Source of the DNA: a bacterium
GTDB lineage: Bacteria > Cyanobacteriota > Vampirovibrionia > Gastranaerophilales > Gastranaerophilaceae
Length of the DNA: 34,237 bases
Reading direction: 5' to 3'
Assembly: GCA_024408705.1 (NCBI GenBank)
Contig: JAKSUT010000001.1
Location: forward strand, 1 to 34,237
Shown here: positions 8,094-15,431 of the stretch, in pieces
Layout of the letters: each line of letters starts with the position of its first letter
Numbering within the stretch: position 1 is the stretch's first letter
Program-made: the position numbers and the translations under genes
Notes under the pieces: generated by a model
Databases searched by the model: none
Seen by the model: the letters and a program-made list of their open reading frames with translations, nothing else
What the model was told of the DNA's origin: nothing

Positions 8094-8984
8094 TTAATTA
8101 TACTTCAAAGATTCTATAAATTCAAAAACAGAATCAACACACCAAGATATTCCCCAATGCGAACCCGTTTTTGAAATATTTAAAATTGAATTTGGATTTA
8201 CCTTATGCAATGCTTCTGAATTTACACAAGGCGCGATAACGTCTGATTTTGAATGAAGTAGAAGGATAGGCACTTTTACTTTTGAAATGCTTTCAATATT
8301 GTTTAATTTTGAAATAAAATTCATACCTTCAATAATTTTTGATGTAAAAATTGAAAACATTTTCAAGTGTATTCTTCTTAAAAAGAAATCATTAATATTA
8401 ATTGCCGAAGATTTAATTTCTTTAATCGGAGATTGCAAAATAACACCTGCCACATCATTATCAAGTGCACCATATAACGCGAAAACAGTGCCTAATGAAT
8501 GTCCCCACAAAACTAATCTTTTTGAATCAATCCCAAATTCTTTTAATTTATCAATTGCAGCCTGAACATCAATCCTAAGTCCAGCTTCAGATGCTTTTCC
8601 AGAGCTTTTATAATGACCTCTATAAGACAACAAAAGCAGACCATAACCTTTTTCTAAACAAAATTTTGCAACATCTTGATGAGACAAAACAGATTCTGCT
8701 TGACCATGCAAATGTAAAATCACAGGCTTTTCATCATTTTGAGGTTTAAAATACCATGCAAATAAACGTCTTCTATCAGAAGTAATAAATCTTATCGGCT
8801 CAAATTTCTTTAGCAAAGTTCTATCTATTTTAACCGCTCTCAATTTTGATGGCTGGAAAATAAGATAGTTTTCTATATTCAATCTTATTTTATTGAAAAC
8901 ACCATCTTTTTGAGGAATAAACGGATATAAAAAAAGTAAAAAAACTTTTTTCAATATAAAAAAATAAAATATAACCTTTTGCAT
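8094..8984 (-). CDS. Alpha/beta-fold hydrolase with N-terminal membrane anchor
   Basis: Nucleophile elbow GHSLGT plus a LHGQAE block. I place the start at the internal ATG 8984 (MQKVIFYFF...) because the longer ORF to 9089 would overlap the divergent PilZ gene and its promoter. Confidence 0.72.
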   Translation of the reverse strand: MQKVIFYFFILKKVFLLFLYPFIPQKDGVFNKIRLNIENYLIFQPSKLRAVKIDRTLLKKFEPIRFITSDRRRLFAWYFKPQNDEKPVILHLHGQAESVLSHQDVAKFCLEKGYGLLLLSYRGHYKSSGKASEAGLRIDVQAAIDKLKEFGIDSKRLVLWGHSLGTVFALYGALDNDVAGVILQSPIKEIKSSAININDFFLRRIHLKMFSIFTSKIIEGMNFISKLNNIESISKVKVPILLLHSKSDVIAPCVNSEALHKVNPNSILNISKTGSHWGISWCVDSVFEFIESLKYN

Positions 8985-9033
8985 AACAAAGGTATTATAT
9001 AGCAAAAACCAAATATTAAAAGGCTTTACAAAT

Positions 9034-9062
9034 TTGCAAACATAGTTTTTGTTTGATAAAAT
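9034..9062 (+). promoter_or_regulatory. Candidate promoter for the PilZ gene, positioned for a leaderless mRNA
   Basis: TTGCAA (9034-9039), 17-nt spacer, TAAAAT (9057-9062). The ATG at 9069 lies 6 nt after the -10 and has no SD. The -35 sits inside the near-palindrome TTACAAATTTGCAA (9026-9039). Confidence 0.4.
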
Positions 9063-9068
9063 AAAAAT

Positions 9069-9737
9069 ATGGTAGATATATACAATCAATTTAAAGATTT
9101 CAAAGCATTTGAAATTACGTTTACAGAAAACGGAAAGAACAAAAAAATAATTTGTACTGTCCGTTCAATCGAAAATGATTCAATCATCATTATCGCAAAT
9201 AATCAACAAAACAAAGATGTATTTGCACACGTTAATGATGACTTAAAATTGTATATTTACACAGAAAGTGGAGTATATTCATCAAGTTCAAAAGTTCTAC
9301 AAGCAGACATTGGAATTTTGAATACGGAATACAAAATTGCATATCCAACAAATAGCAAACATTCTCAAAGAAGAGAATTTTTCAGAGCAGATATGCAAAT
9401 CGAATACACTGCAAAAATCACCCCAAAAGACGAAAACGAACCAGTCACAATGCTTGAAGGAAAAACAAAAAACATCTGCGGTAGAGGAATGTGTTTTGTT
9501 TCAACTCAAGAAATACCTGAAAACTATGATTTTATAAGAGTAAATCTAAAATTCAAAGAAAAAGAAATATCACCACTTGCAAGTCTTGTTTATTCAAAAC
9601 CATACATAGGAATGGACAACACTCAAAGATACATTCATGCATTTGTATTCAATAATATTTCTCAAAGAGATATAGATTTTATTGTAAAAAAATGCTTTCT
9701 TCATCAATTAGAACTTAGAAAACAAAGCAAACTATAA
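9069..9737 (+). CDS. PilZ-domain c-di-GMP receptor, YcgR-like two-domain layout
   Basis: 222-aa ORF. The C-terminal half carries both PilZ motifs: QRREFFRAD (RRxxxR) and NICGRGM (D/N-x-S/C-x-x-G). The N-terminal roughly 95 aa resemble a PilZN-type beta-barrel by pattern only. Confidence 0.7.
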   Translation: MVDIYNQFKDFKAFEITFTENGKNKKIICTVRSIENDSIIIIANNQQNKDVFAHVNDDLKLYIYTESGVYSSSSKVLQADIGILNTEYKIAYPTNSKHSQRREFFRADMQIEYTAKITPKDENEPVTMLEGKTKNICGRGMCFVSTQEIPENYDFIRVNLKFKEKEISPLASLVYSKPYIGMDNTQRYIHAFVFNNISQRDIDFIVKKCFLHQLELRKQSKL

Positions 9738-9757
9738 TATTATAAACACCCGTAAAT

Positions 9758-9785
9758 TTGACTTAAACAAAAATTTAGTTAAAAT
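9758..9785 (+). promoter_or_regulatory. Candidate sigma70-type promoter for the 83-aa ORF
   Basis: TTGACT (9758-9763), 16-nt spacer, TAAAAT (9780-9785), about 37 nt upstream of the ATG at 9823. Confidence 0.4.
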
Positions 9786-9822
9786 ATAAATATAGGGATT
9801 TGGTTATTGAGAGTATATTTAA

Positions 9823-10074
9823 ATGAGATTAATTAACAAACTAAAACAATTTGAACGTCAATACGCTTTTATCCGTTGGGCAACTGCCGAAGAATACGGA
9901 AAAATCAAATATGTTGGAGATGACTTCATTGAGTTTGAAGTAATCAGTGTTGATACGATGGAATACGCTGAAACAGTACTTATCAACAGTCAATTAATTC
10001 TTGAAGTTGTAATCGGAGGTTCTGATATTTCAAGAATTATAGCAGAAGTATCATCTCAATTAACAAATGATTAG
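9823..10074 (+). CDS. Hypothetical 83-aa protein
   Basis: ORF with a plausible promoter. Alternating hydrophobic beta-strand pattern (KIKYVGDDFIEFEVISVD...LINSQLILEVVIG) suggests a small beta-barrel. I recognise no family. Confidence 0.5.
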   Translation: MRLINKLKQFERQYAFIRWATAEEYGKIKYVGDDFIEFEVISVDTMEYAETVLINSQLILEVVIGGSDISRIIAEVSSQLTND

Positions 10075-10075
10075 G

Positions 10076-10738
10076 TTATAACCCCAAATTATTCATAACA
10101 GAATGATTTTTGTGATAGCTACCGCCGCCACAAATGGTTTCGATAACTTTTAACAAAAATTCTCTTGGAGCATCCATTGGATTTAAAATAAATTCTTTAT
10201 CAAGCAAATGTTTGATAGTCATAATAGAGCTTTGAACTTTTTCAGCAGGAACATACAATGATGCTATTTCATTATTTAACAAAATATTCATTTCTTCATC
10301 AACAGTTTGATTTGTTTTCATCAATTCTCTATAACTGCCTCTGATTGCCATAATTCGGCAAGAAAAAATAGGTTGTTTATTTTCTCTAAATAACGCTTGC
10401 GGCTGATAATTGCAACGAGTAGTAAAAGATATTTTATGCCATAAAATATTCAAAACTACAACTTGCGCATCAACAACATCAACATAAATATTTTGAGTTG
10501 TAATTCCACGAGAAGAGAAAGACTGTTTTAAAGATTCTACAACTGCTTGAGAATCATTGATAATACGATTAAAAACATCATTCATATTCATTGTTGCATG
10601 TTGATAATCCAAAAATTGTTTATACATATGAGAAGACACCAAATTAACCCTCTCTTGAATAACAGAGGATTTTCTAATTGAAATGTCCATATTATCAAAA
10701 TTTTCGTAATTACTTGGCAATTTTAAAAATTTCTCCAC
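10076..10738 (-). CDS. Hypothetical 220-aa protein
   Basis: Long ORF with non-repetitive composition. The start is uncertain: the track uses GTG at 10738, there is no SD, and the next in-frame ATG is codon 17. I could not confirm any motif. Confidence 0.5.
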   Translation of the reverse strand: MEKFLKLPSNYENFDNMDISIRKSSVIQERVNLVSSHMYKQFLDYQHATMNMNDVFNRIINDSQAVVESLKQSFSSRGITTQNIYVDVVDAQVVVLNILWHKISFTTRCNYQPQALFRENKQPIFSCRIMAIRGSYRELMKTNQTVDEEMNILLNNEIASLYVPAEKVQSSIMTIKHLLDKEFILNPMDAPREFLLKVIETICGGGSYHKNHSVMNNLGL

Positions 10739-10881
10739 TCTACTAATTACATTTTATATCCAAAATTAAAATTATGTAAAGTTTATAAAGTTTTTTTTTA
10801 CAAATTTAAAGAGTAATATAAAAATTTAATGAAAAAATTTAAAATTTTATATATTATAATAGCAATTACAGGCTTTTTATT

Positions 10882-12402
10882 ATGAAAAACAAAAAACAAA
10901 AATTTGGTCAATATATGACACCTGAAATTATTGCTAATTTTATGGTGAGTTTAATAGAACACAACAAAACCGCAAAATGTTTAGAACCAACTTGCGGTAA
11001 TTGTATATTTTTAAAAGAGTTAAAAACACAAAATTTCAAAAACATAAAAGCATACGAAATCGACAAAAGTATTATAAACAAAGATTTTAAAGTAATTAAT
11101 AAAAGTTTTATTTCTGCAAATATAAAAGAAAAATTTGATGTAATTATAGGAAATCCACCTTATATCAGATGGAAAAATTTGGAAGAAAATTTAAAAGAAG
11201 AACTATCACATTTTGAACTTTGGCAAAAATATTGTAACAAATTATGCGATTATTCATTACCCTTTATTCTTAAATCAGTTGAATTATTAGAAGAAAACGG
11301 AGAACTTATTTTTATCACACCGGATTATTGGTTTAGCACTACACACGCAAAAAATACCAGAAATTATTTACTTGAAAAAGGTTATATAAAAGAAATTTAT
11401 CATTTCAACGAAACTCCAATTTTTGAAAAAGTAAATATATCATTTGTTATTTTTAAATTTGTAAAAAGCAAATCAAACACTCATAAAATCGCAGTAACAA
11501 AGTATTTTTCAAAGAAAAAACTTAATGCTGAAATCATTTCAAAAATCAAATCAGATTCACCAGAAATCGAACAAATAACAATTCCACAATTCAAACCTGA
11601 CACAAAATGGATATTAGAAAAAGAAGATAAACTTCAAGAAATAAACAAATATGAAACCTATTGCAATGACAAAAAACTAAACGATTTTTGCGAAATTGCA
11701 AACGGATTAGTAAGTGGACTAGATAAAGCATTCGTCTGTCCAGAAAAAATAAATTCGACAGAAAAAGAAAAAGTAATAAAAGTAATTAAAGCCAAAAATA
11801 TAAAGCCTTATTATTTCACTGATTTTGCAGAATATTTTATACTAAATGACGAAATAAAAGACGAAAAAAAGTTAAAAAATAAATTCCCAAATTTTTATGC
11901 AAAACTTAAAACCAATAAAGAAAAACTAACCCAAAGATACAATTACAATAAAGAATTAAGCTACTGGGAATGGGCATTTTTAAGAAACTACAAACTTTTC
12001 AAAAGCCAAAAACAAAGAATATTTGTGCCTTGCAAAGAACGAATAACAAACAAAAACCAATTCAGATTTGCAATAGCAAATGAAACGTTTTACCCAACAC
12101 AAGACGTAACAACAATTTTCAAAAAAGAAAATACACAAGAAAGTTTGGAATATATTACTGCACTTTTAAACAGCAAATATGTTTTTAATTGGCTTATTTA
12201 TAACGGAATAAAAAAAGGTGACATAGTTGAATTTTCAAAAAAACCACTAACAACTATCCCTTATAGAAAAATAATTTTTTCAAACACAGAAGAAAAAGAA
12301 ATTCATAACACAATAACAACTTTGGTAAAGGAATATCAAAAAACTAAAGACTCAAATCTTTTAACGCAGATAGATAATCAATTTGACAAACTTTTACAAT
12401 AA
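10882..12402 (+). CDS. Type II N6-adenine DNA methyltransferase, gamma class (Eco57I/TaqI-like N6_Mtase domain + TaqI-like C-terminal target-recognition domain)
   Basis: The N-terminus FGQYMTPEIIANFMV, SAM motif LEPTCGNCIF (compare M.TaqI LEPACAHGPF, from memory) and catalytic motif IV IIGNPPYIRW are all present. The TRD-type block FCEIANGLVSGLDKAFV is also present. Confidence 0.85.
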   Translation: MKNKKQKFGQYMTPEIIANFMVSLIEHNKTAKCLEPTCGNCIFLKELKTQNFKNIKAYEIDKSIINKDFKVINKSFISANIKEKFDVIIGNPPYIRWKNLEENLKEELSHFELWQKYCNKLCDYSLPFILKSVELLEENGELIFITPDYWFSTTHAKNTRNYLLEKGYIKEIYHFNETPIFEKVNISFVIFKFVKSKSNTHKIAVTKYFSKKKLNAEIISKIKSDSPEIEQITIPQFKPDTKWILEKEDKLQEINKYETYCNDKKLNDFCEIANGLVSGLDKAFVCPEKINSTEKEKVIKVIKAKNIKPYYFTDFAEYFILNDEIKDEKKLKNKFPNFYAKLKTNKEKLTQRYNYNKELSYWEWAFLRNYKLFKSQKQRIFVPCKERITNKNQFRFAIANETFYPTQDVTTIFKKENTQESLEYITALLNSKYVFNWLIYNGIKKGDIVEFSKKPLTTIPYRKIIFSNTEEKEIHNTITTLVKEYQKTKDSNLLTQIDNQFDKLLQ

Positions 12403-12405
12403 AAA

Positions 12406-12479
12406 TGTGCCTGAGGGGAATTAAACCCCTGACCTTTGACTTCGGAAATCAACGCTCTATTCAACTGAGCTACAGGCAC
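12406..12479 (-). tRNA. tRNA-Arg (anticodon CCG), 74 nt, CCA not encoded
   Basis: Folded by hand: 7-bp acceptor GUGCCUG/CAGGCAC, D stem GCUC/GAGC, anticodon stem UUGAU/GUCAA, loop UU-CCG-AA, variable loop AGGUC, T stem AGGGG/CCCCU, discriminator A. Confidence 0.9.
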
Positions 12480-12560
12480 ATAACAAATTTAGACTACACA
12501 TAACAAATCATTTTTTCAAGTAAGATACAAAAATTTATCTTAAAATTTGGTAAGATAAAC

Positions 12561-12590
12561 TTGCAATTATAAAATCTCTTCAACTATAAT
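12561..12590 (+). promoter_or_regulatory. Near-consensus sigma70-type promoter for the 62-codon ORF
   Basis: TTGCAA (12561-12566), 18-nt spacer, TATAAT (12585-12590). GGGGGAGAG SD at 12601-12609, ATG at 12613. TAAGATA motifs sit directly upstream. Confidence 0.55.
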
Positions 12591-12612
12591 AAATAAAAAC
12601 GGGGGAGAGATT

Positions 12613-12801
12613 ATGCAAGTATCAAAAATCGCTGGTGTGCAACACATAAAATGTAACCATTTTGAGCAATATTACAAAGGAAACAAAATGTTGCAAATTT
12701 GTCGCAACGAAGACTCAGTTACAAAAACACTTGTAGATACAGAAACTTTAGAAGTTATCAAAAAAGTTGTAAAAAAAGTAAAAAAAGCACTTTGCATTTA
12801 A
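12613..12801 (+). CDS. Hypothetical 62-aa protein
   Basis: Strong promoter and strong SD (GGGGGAGAG, 3-nt gap to the ATG). Lys-rich C-terminus KKVVKKVKKALCI. I recognise no family. Confidence 0.55.
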   Translation: MQVSKIAGVQHIKCNHFEQYYKGNKMLQICRNEDSVTKTLVDTETLEVIKKVVKKVKKALCI

Positions 12802-13502
12802 ATTTTTATATTTTGTCTAACATAAAAATTTTCATCATTGGACAATTTTTCAACAATATCACTAAACTTATCATCATTCAATTTTGATAAGAGCTTTGCA
12901 ACCTTTTCTCTAATTGTATAATCTTCAAATTCTGCACACACTCTAAAAATCTCCTCACATTTTTCAATATCAATATATTCTAAAACATTCCACAATGCTT
13001 CTAAACACCAATAAAGTTGGAAATTTCTTTTACTTATAACATATTGTCTATGTTCAGCATCAAGTTCTTTAATTTTTAAAATAGTTTCATTTGTGCGTTG
13101 AATTAATTTTTCTGGAATATATTGCCAAAATTCGTCCATATTTTGCATAGTAACAATATTTCGGCAAACATTTCCATCAATATCCATCAAACCTTCAAAC
13201 AAAATATTATAAATATATTCTGATTTTAAATATTTCACAGACTCTAAATCAGACGAAAATTCATTTATTTTAAAAGCAACAGCTTCCCTTATTTTTCCAT
13301 CTTGTCCAACAAGATTTTTAACAAGTTTTTCTGAAATATCAAAAGATGACAAACTTTCAACAGATAAAACGGCAATTTGTTTTTCAACATCATTGTCACC
13401 CAAAAGCATTTTAACAAGTTGTTCTTCGCTAAAAGACGTATCAATCAAAGATAACGCTTTATTAAAATCACAATCATCACTTTTATACAAAATATCTTTC
13501 AA
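12798..13502 (-). CDS. HEAT/armadillo-like repeat protein, function unknown
   Basis: 234-aa all-helical-looking ORF with recurring HEAT-like segments (DNDVEKQIAVLSV, QDGKIREAVAFKI, EDYTIREKVAKLL, DENFYVRQNI). The call is from pattern only. Confidence 0.55.
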   Translation of the reverse strand: MKDILYKSDDCDFNKALSLIDTSFSEEQLVKMLLGDNDVEKQIAVLSVESLSSFDISEKLVKNLVGQDGKIREAVAFKINEFSSDLESVKYLKSEYIYNILFEGLMDIDGNVCRNIVTMQNMDEFWQYIPEKLIQRTNETILKIKELDAEHRQYVISKRNFQLYWCLEALWNVLEYIDIEKCEEIFRVCAEFEDYTIREKVAKLLSKLNDDKFSDIVEKLSNDENFYVRQNIKI

Positions 13503-13628
13503 ATTTTCATCCTCATAAATTTATCATCACTATAACATAAATAGCGATTAAAAAAAGAACTAAAATCGGTTTAATGTATGATAATAAAACAGAAAAAAGT
13601 TCTATAATAAAAATAGGAGACAGAAACT

Positions 13629-13790
13629 ATGAATTTTTTAAAAGACTTATTTTTCCCAAACAGTACAGAAAACAACACAAAAATAGGATTGGCTCAATTT
13701 AAAAAAGTAAAAGAAAGACCAATCAACAGAGATATTTCTATAACTACAAAAAATATCAAACTTTCAGATTTAATGCGTAGAGCTAGTTAG
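13629..13790 (+). CDS. Hypothetical 53-aa basic protein
   Basis: Hand translation gives MNFLKDLFFPNSTENNTKIGLAQFKKVKERPINRDISITTKNIKLSDLMRRAS-TAG. AGGAGA lies 8 nt upstream. Below the ORF-track length cutoff. Confidence 0.35.
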   Translation: MNFLKDLFFPNSTENNTKIGLAQFKKVKERPINRDISITTKNIKLSDLMRRAS

Positions 13791-13880
13791 TCTGCGAAAA
13801 CATTTATCATCCTTAAAAACTATAGAAAACACCCTTACAAAGAGTTATAATAGAGTTAGAAAAATGATGAAGGCATCTAT

Positions 13881-14165
13881 ATGGGATTTGATTTAAATTT
13901 TAACAACAATCAACCAATGATACAAAATGCTCAAAAAAGCCAAGATGGTGGAGCTGGCAATTTAGGCTACATGAGAGGTCGAAAGAAAAAGGGCAAAGAC
14001 GAAGATGAAGCAGAAATGTTATCTGGTAGCATATTTGAAAATGCTCAAGATTCTTTTACCCACTCTGACCAAACAGAAAATGAATCTTTATCATTAACTC
14101 AAATTATTGAAAAATTTATCTGCTACATAAAAATTACTTTTGAAAAACTTTTTAGTTCAAAATAG
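13881..14165 (+). CDS. Hypothetical 94-aa protein (GGAxN...KKK...SGSIF pattern; possible paralogue of 17528-17746)
   Basis: ORF with a weak SD (GAAGG). It has a disordered-looking N/Q/G/K/E-rich N-terminal two-thirds and an amphipathic C-terminus. It shares an ordered motif series with the 72-aa ORF. Confidence 0.5.
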   Translation: MGFDLNFNNNQPMIQNAQKSQDGGAGNLGYMRGRKKKGKDEDEAEMLSGSIFENAQDSFTHSDQTENESLSLTQIIEKFICYIKITFEKLFSSK

Positions 14166-14985
14166 TAGCACCAATACCTGTATTCACACCACGCCTAACA
14201 TTTGAATTAATATAATGTCTTGGTTGACTTAGATTAGACGAATGAGGATAAAATCTATGCGGATTTAAGTGTCTATGCATCGGATGTCGTACATAATGAG
14301 GGACATAAGGCCTAACTTTCATATATTTATTAAATTCAGGAACATAGCCATAATTAGGATGATATTGAACATAGTCATTTGGATTAATTCCCTGAACACT
14401 CATCCCAGAAATTGGCATCATTATATTCCCTCTTTGCTCTAAACCCCATAAATCATTATTATCTGCGTAATCTACACTCTTGCTAACATTTCCTGATGCA
14501 ATTTTTACAGACTTCAACCTTGATTCGACATCACCTGTTTGAACAGCACCAAACAGCTTTTCTTCTAATAGTTCAAGCCTTTTATCAGGCGATAAAACTT
14601 GATTTGTTTGACCTAAAACTTTTTCTTCTAAATTAGTTAAATCTTTTTGTGAAATACAAGGAAATTGTTTTAATTTATTGAAATTTGAAACTATATTATC
14701 AACTCTTTGCGAAGCTGGAGAGTTTGGAAAAGTCGTATAAAATAAACGTTTTTCAATTCGAGATAACCTTTTTATAAGATTTTGTGAACTATAAGATTTT
14801 CCAAACAATTCTTGCTCAACAGATGTAATATTTACAAGATTAATTTCTTCTTTTGTTTCTTTTTTATCAACCAAAACATCTTTATTTTCGATTGGTTTAA
14901 GTGGTGGAAATTTCACAGCACAAAAACCAACATCACCAAGAAAAAAGATAAATAATGCGAGAAAAATTTTAAATTTTAAATTCAT
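14152..14985 (-). CDS. Secreted protein with internal repeats and His/Pro/Tyr/Arg-rich C-terminal tail, function unknown
   Basis: I place the start at ATG 14985 (AAGGAGGA 7 nt upstream), not the TTG at 14991. Signal peptide MNLKFKIFLALFIFFLGDVGFCA. See findings for the repeats. Confidence 0.7.
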   Translation of the reverse strand: MNLKFKIFLALFIFFLGDVGFCAVKFPPLKPIENKDVLVDKKETKEEINLVNITSVEQELFGKSYSSQNLIKRLSRIEKRLFYTTFPNSPASQRVDNIVSNFNKLKQFPCISQKDLTNLEEKVLGQTNQVLSPDKRLELLEEKLFGAVQTGDVESRLKSVKIASGNVSKSVDYADNNDLWGLEQRGNIMMPISGMSVQGINPNDYVQYHPNYGYVPEFNKYMKVRPYVPHYVRHPMHRHLNPHRFYPHSSNLSQPRHYINSNVRRGVNTGIGATILN

Positions 14986-15054
14986 ACACAAATCCTCCTT
15001 AATATTATAATCAAGGAAGTATAAAAAATAAACATCACCTAATAAGAAATACTA

Positions 15055-15321
15055 TTAGCCAATTAAAGATGTTGCAATAAATAAGAAACCGATTGAAAAC
15101 AAGCTAAAGAACAACCATTTTAAAATCAATGGATTTTGACGATTAAAGTCCAAAGCTTCAATCAAATTCAAATCAGAGGACATAGATGCAACAGCACAAG
15201 AAGTAGATTCAAAATCAGAAAAGAATATTTTCTTAGGAGTTAAAGCATCAGGAATAGAAACTGATACATCTTTAATAGTCTTTTTAGTAGAATTAATTTC
15301 TGATTTTTTTTGAATATACAT
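15055..15321 (-). CDS. Hypothetical tail-anchored membrane protein (88 aa)
   Basis: I place the start at ATG 15321 (GGGAGG about 11 nt upstream, lying inside the longer track ORF). There is a single C-terminal TM helix LILKWLFFSLFSIGFLFIATSLIG at the very end. Confidence 0.5.
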   Translation of the reverse strand: MYIQKKSEINSTKKTIKDVSVSIPDALTPKKIFFSDFESTSCAVASMSSDLNLIEALDFNRQNPLILKWLFFSLFSIGFLFIATSLIG

Positions 15322-15431
15322 AACTTGAAAGTCCTCCCATATATTATTATGCAATTATCAAAAAAATTAACATCAATCATTCGGAGTAAAAATAAGATAA
15401 TAAAACTTTTTATGTATGATATAATTAAATT

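Noticed and set aside
8985-9089. N-terminal 35-codon extension of the hydrolase ORF
   Set aside because: It would overlap the divergent PilZ start and its promoter. The internal ATG at 8984 sits 9 nt after a TATAAT and begins the membrane anchor.
10076-10738. Idea that the 220-aa protein is the restriction endonuclease partner of the adjacent methyltransferase
   Set aside because: I found no convincing PD-(D/E)xK, HNH or GIY-YIG motif by eye. Its G+C (spot count about 35%) matches the core genome, whereas the MTase is far more AT-rich, so they were probably not acquired together. It is kept only as something to test by structure search.
12477-12508. 12-nt direct repeat CACATAACAAAT (12477-12488 and 12497-12508) touching the tRNA, considered as an att site
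   Set aside because: It lies at the 5' (promoter) side of the tRNA rather than the 3' end used by integrases. It overlaps only 3 nt of the tRNA and is short for AT-rich DNA. I could not find a copy of the tRNA 3' end elsewhere in the window.
13574-13702. Alternative 42-codon ORF (MYDNKTEKSS...) overlapping the 53-codon ORF in another frame
   Set aside because: It has no SD, and the AGGAGA that serves the 13629 ATG lies inside it. I kept the SD-led frame, at low confidence.
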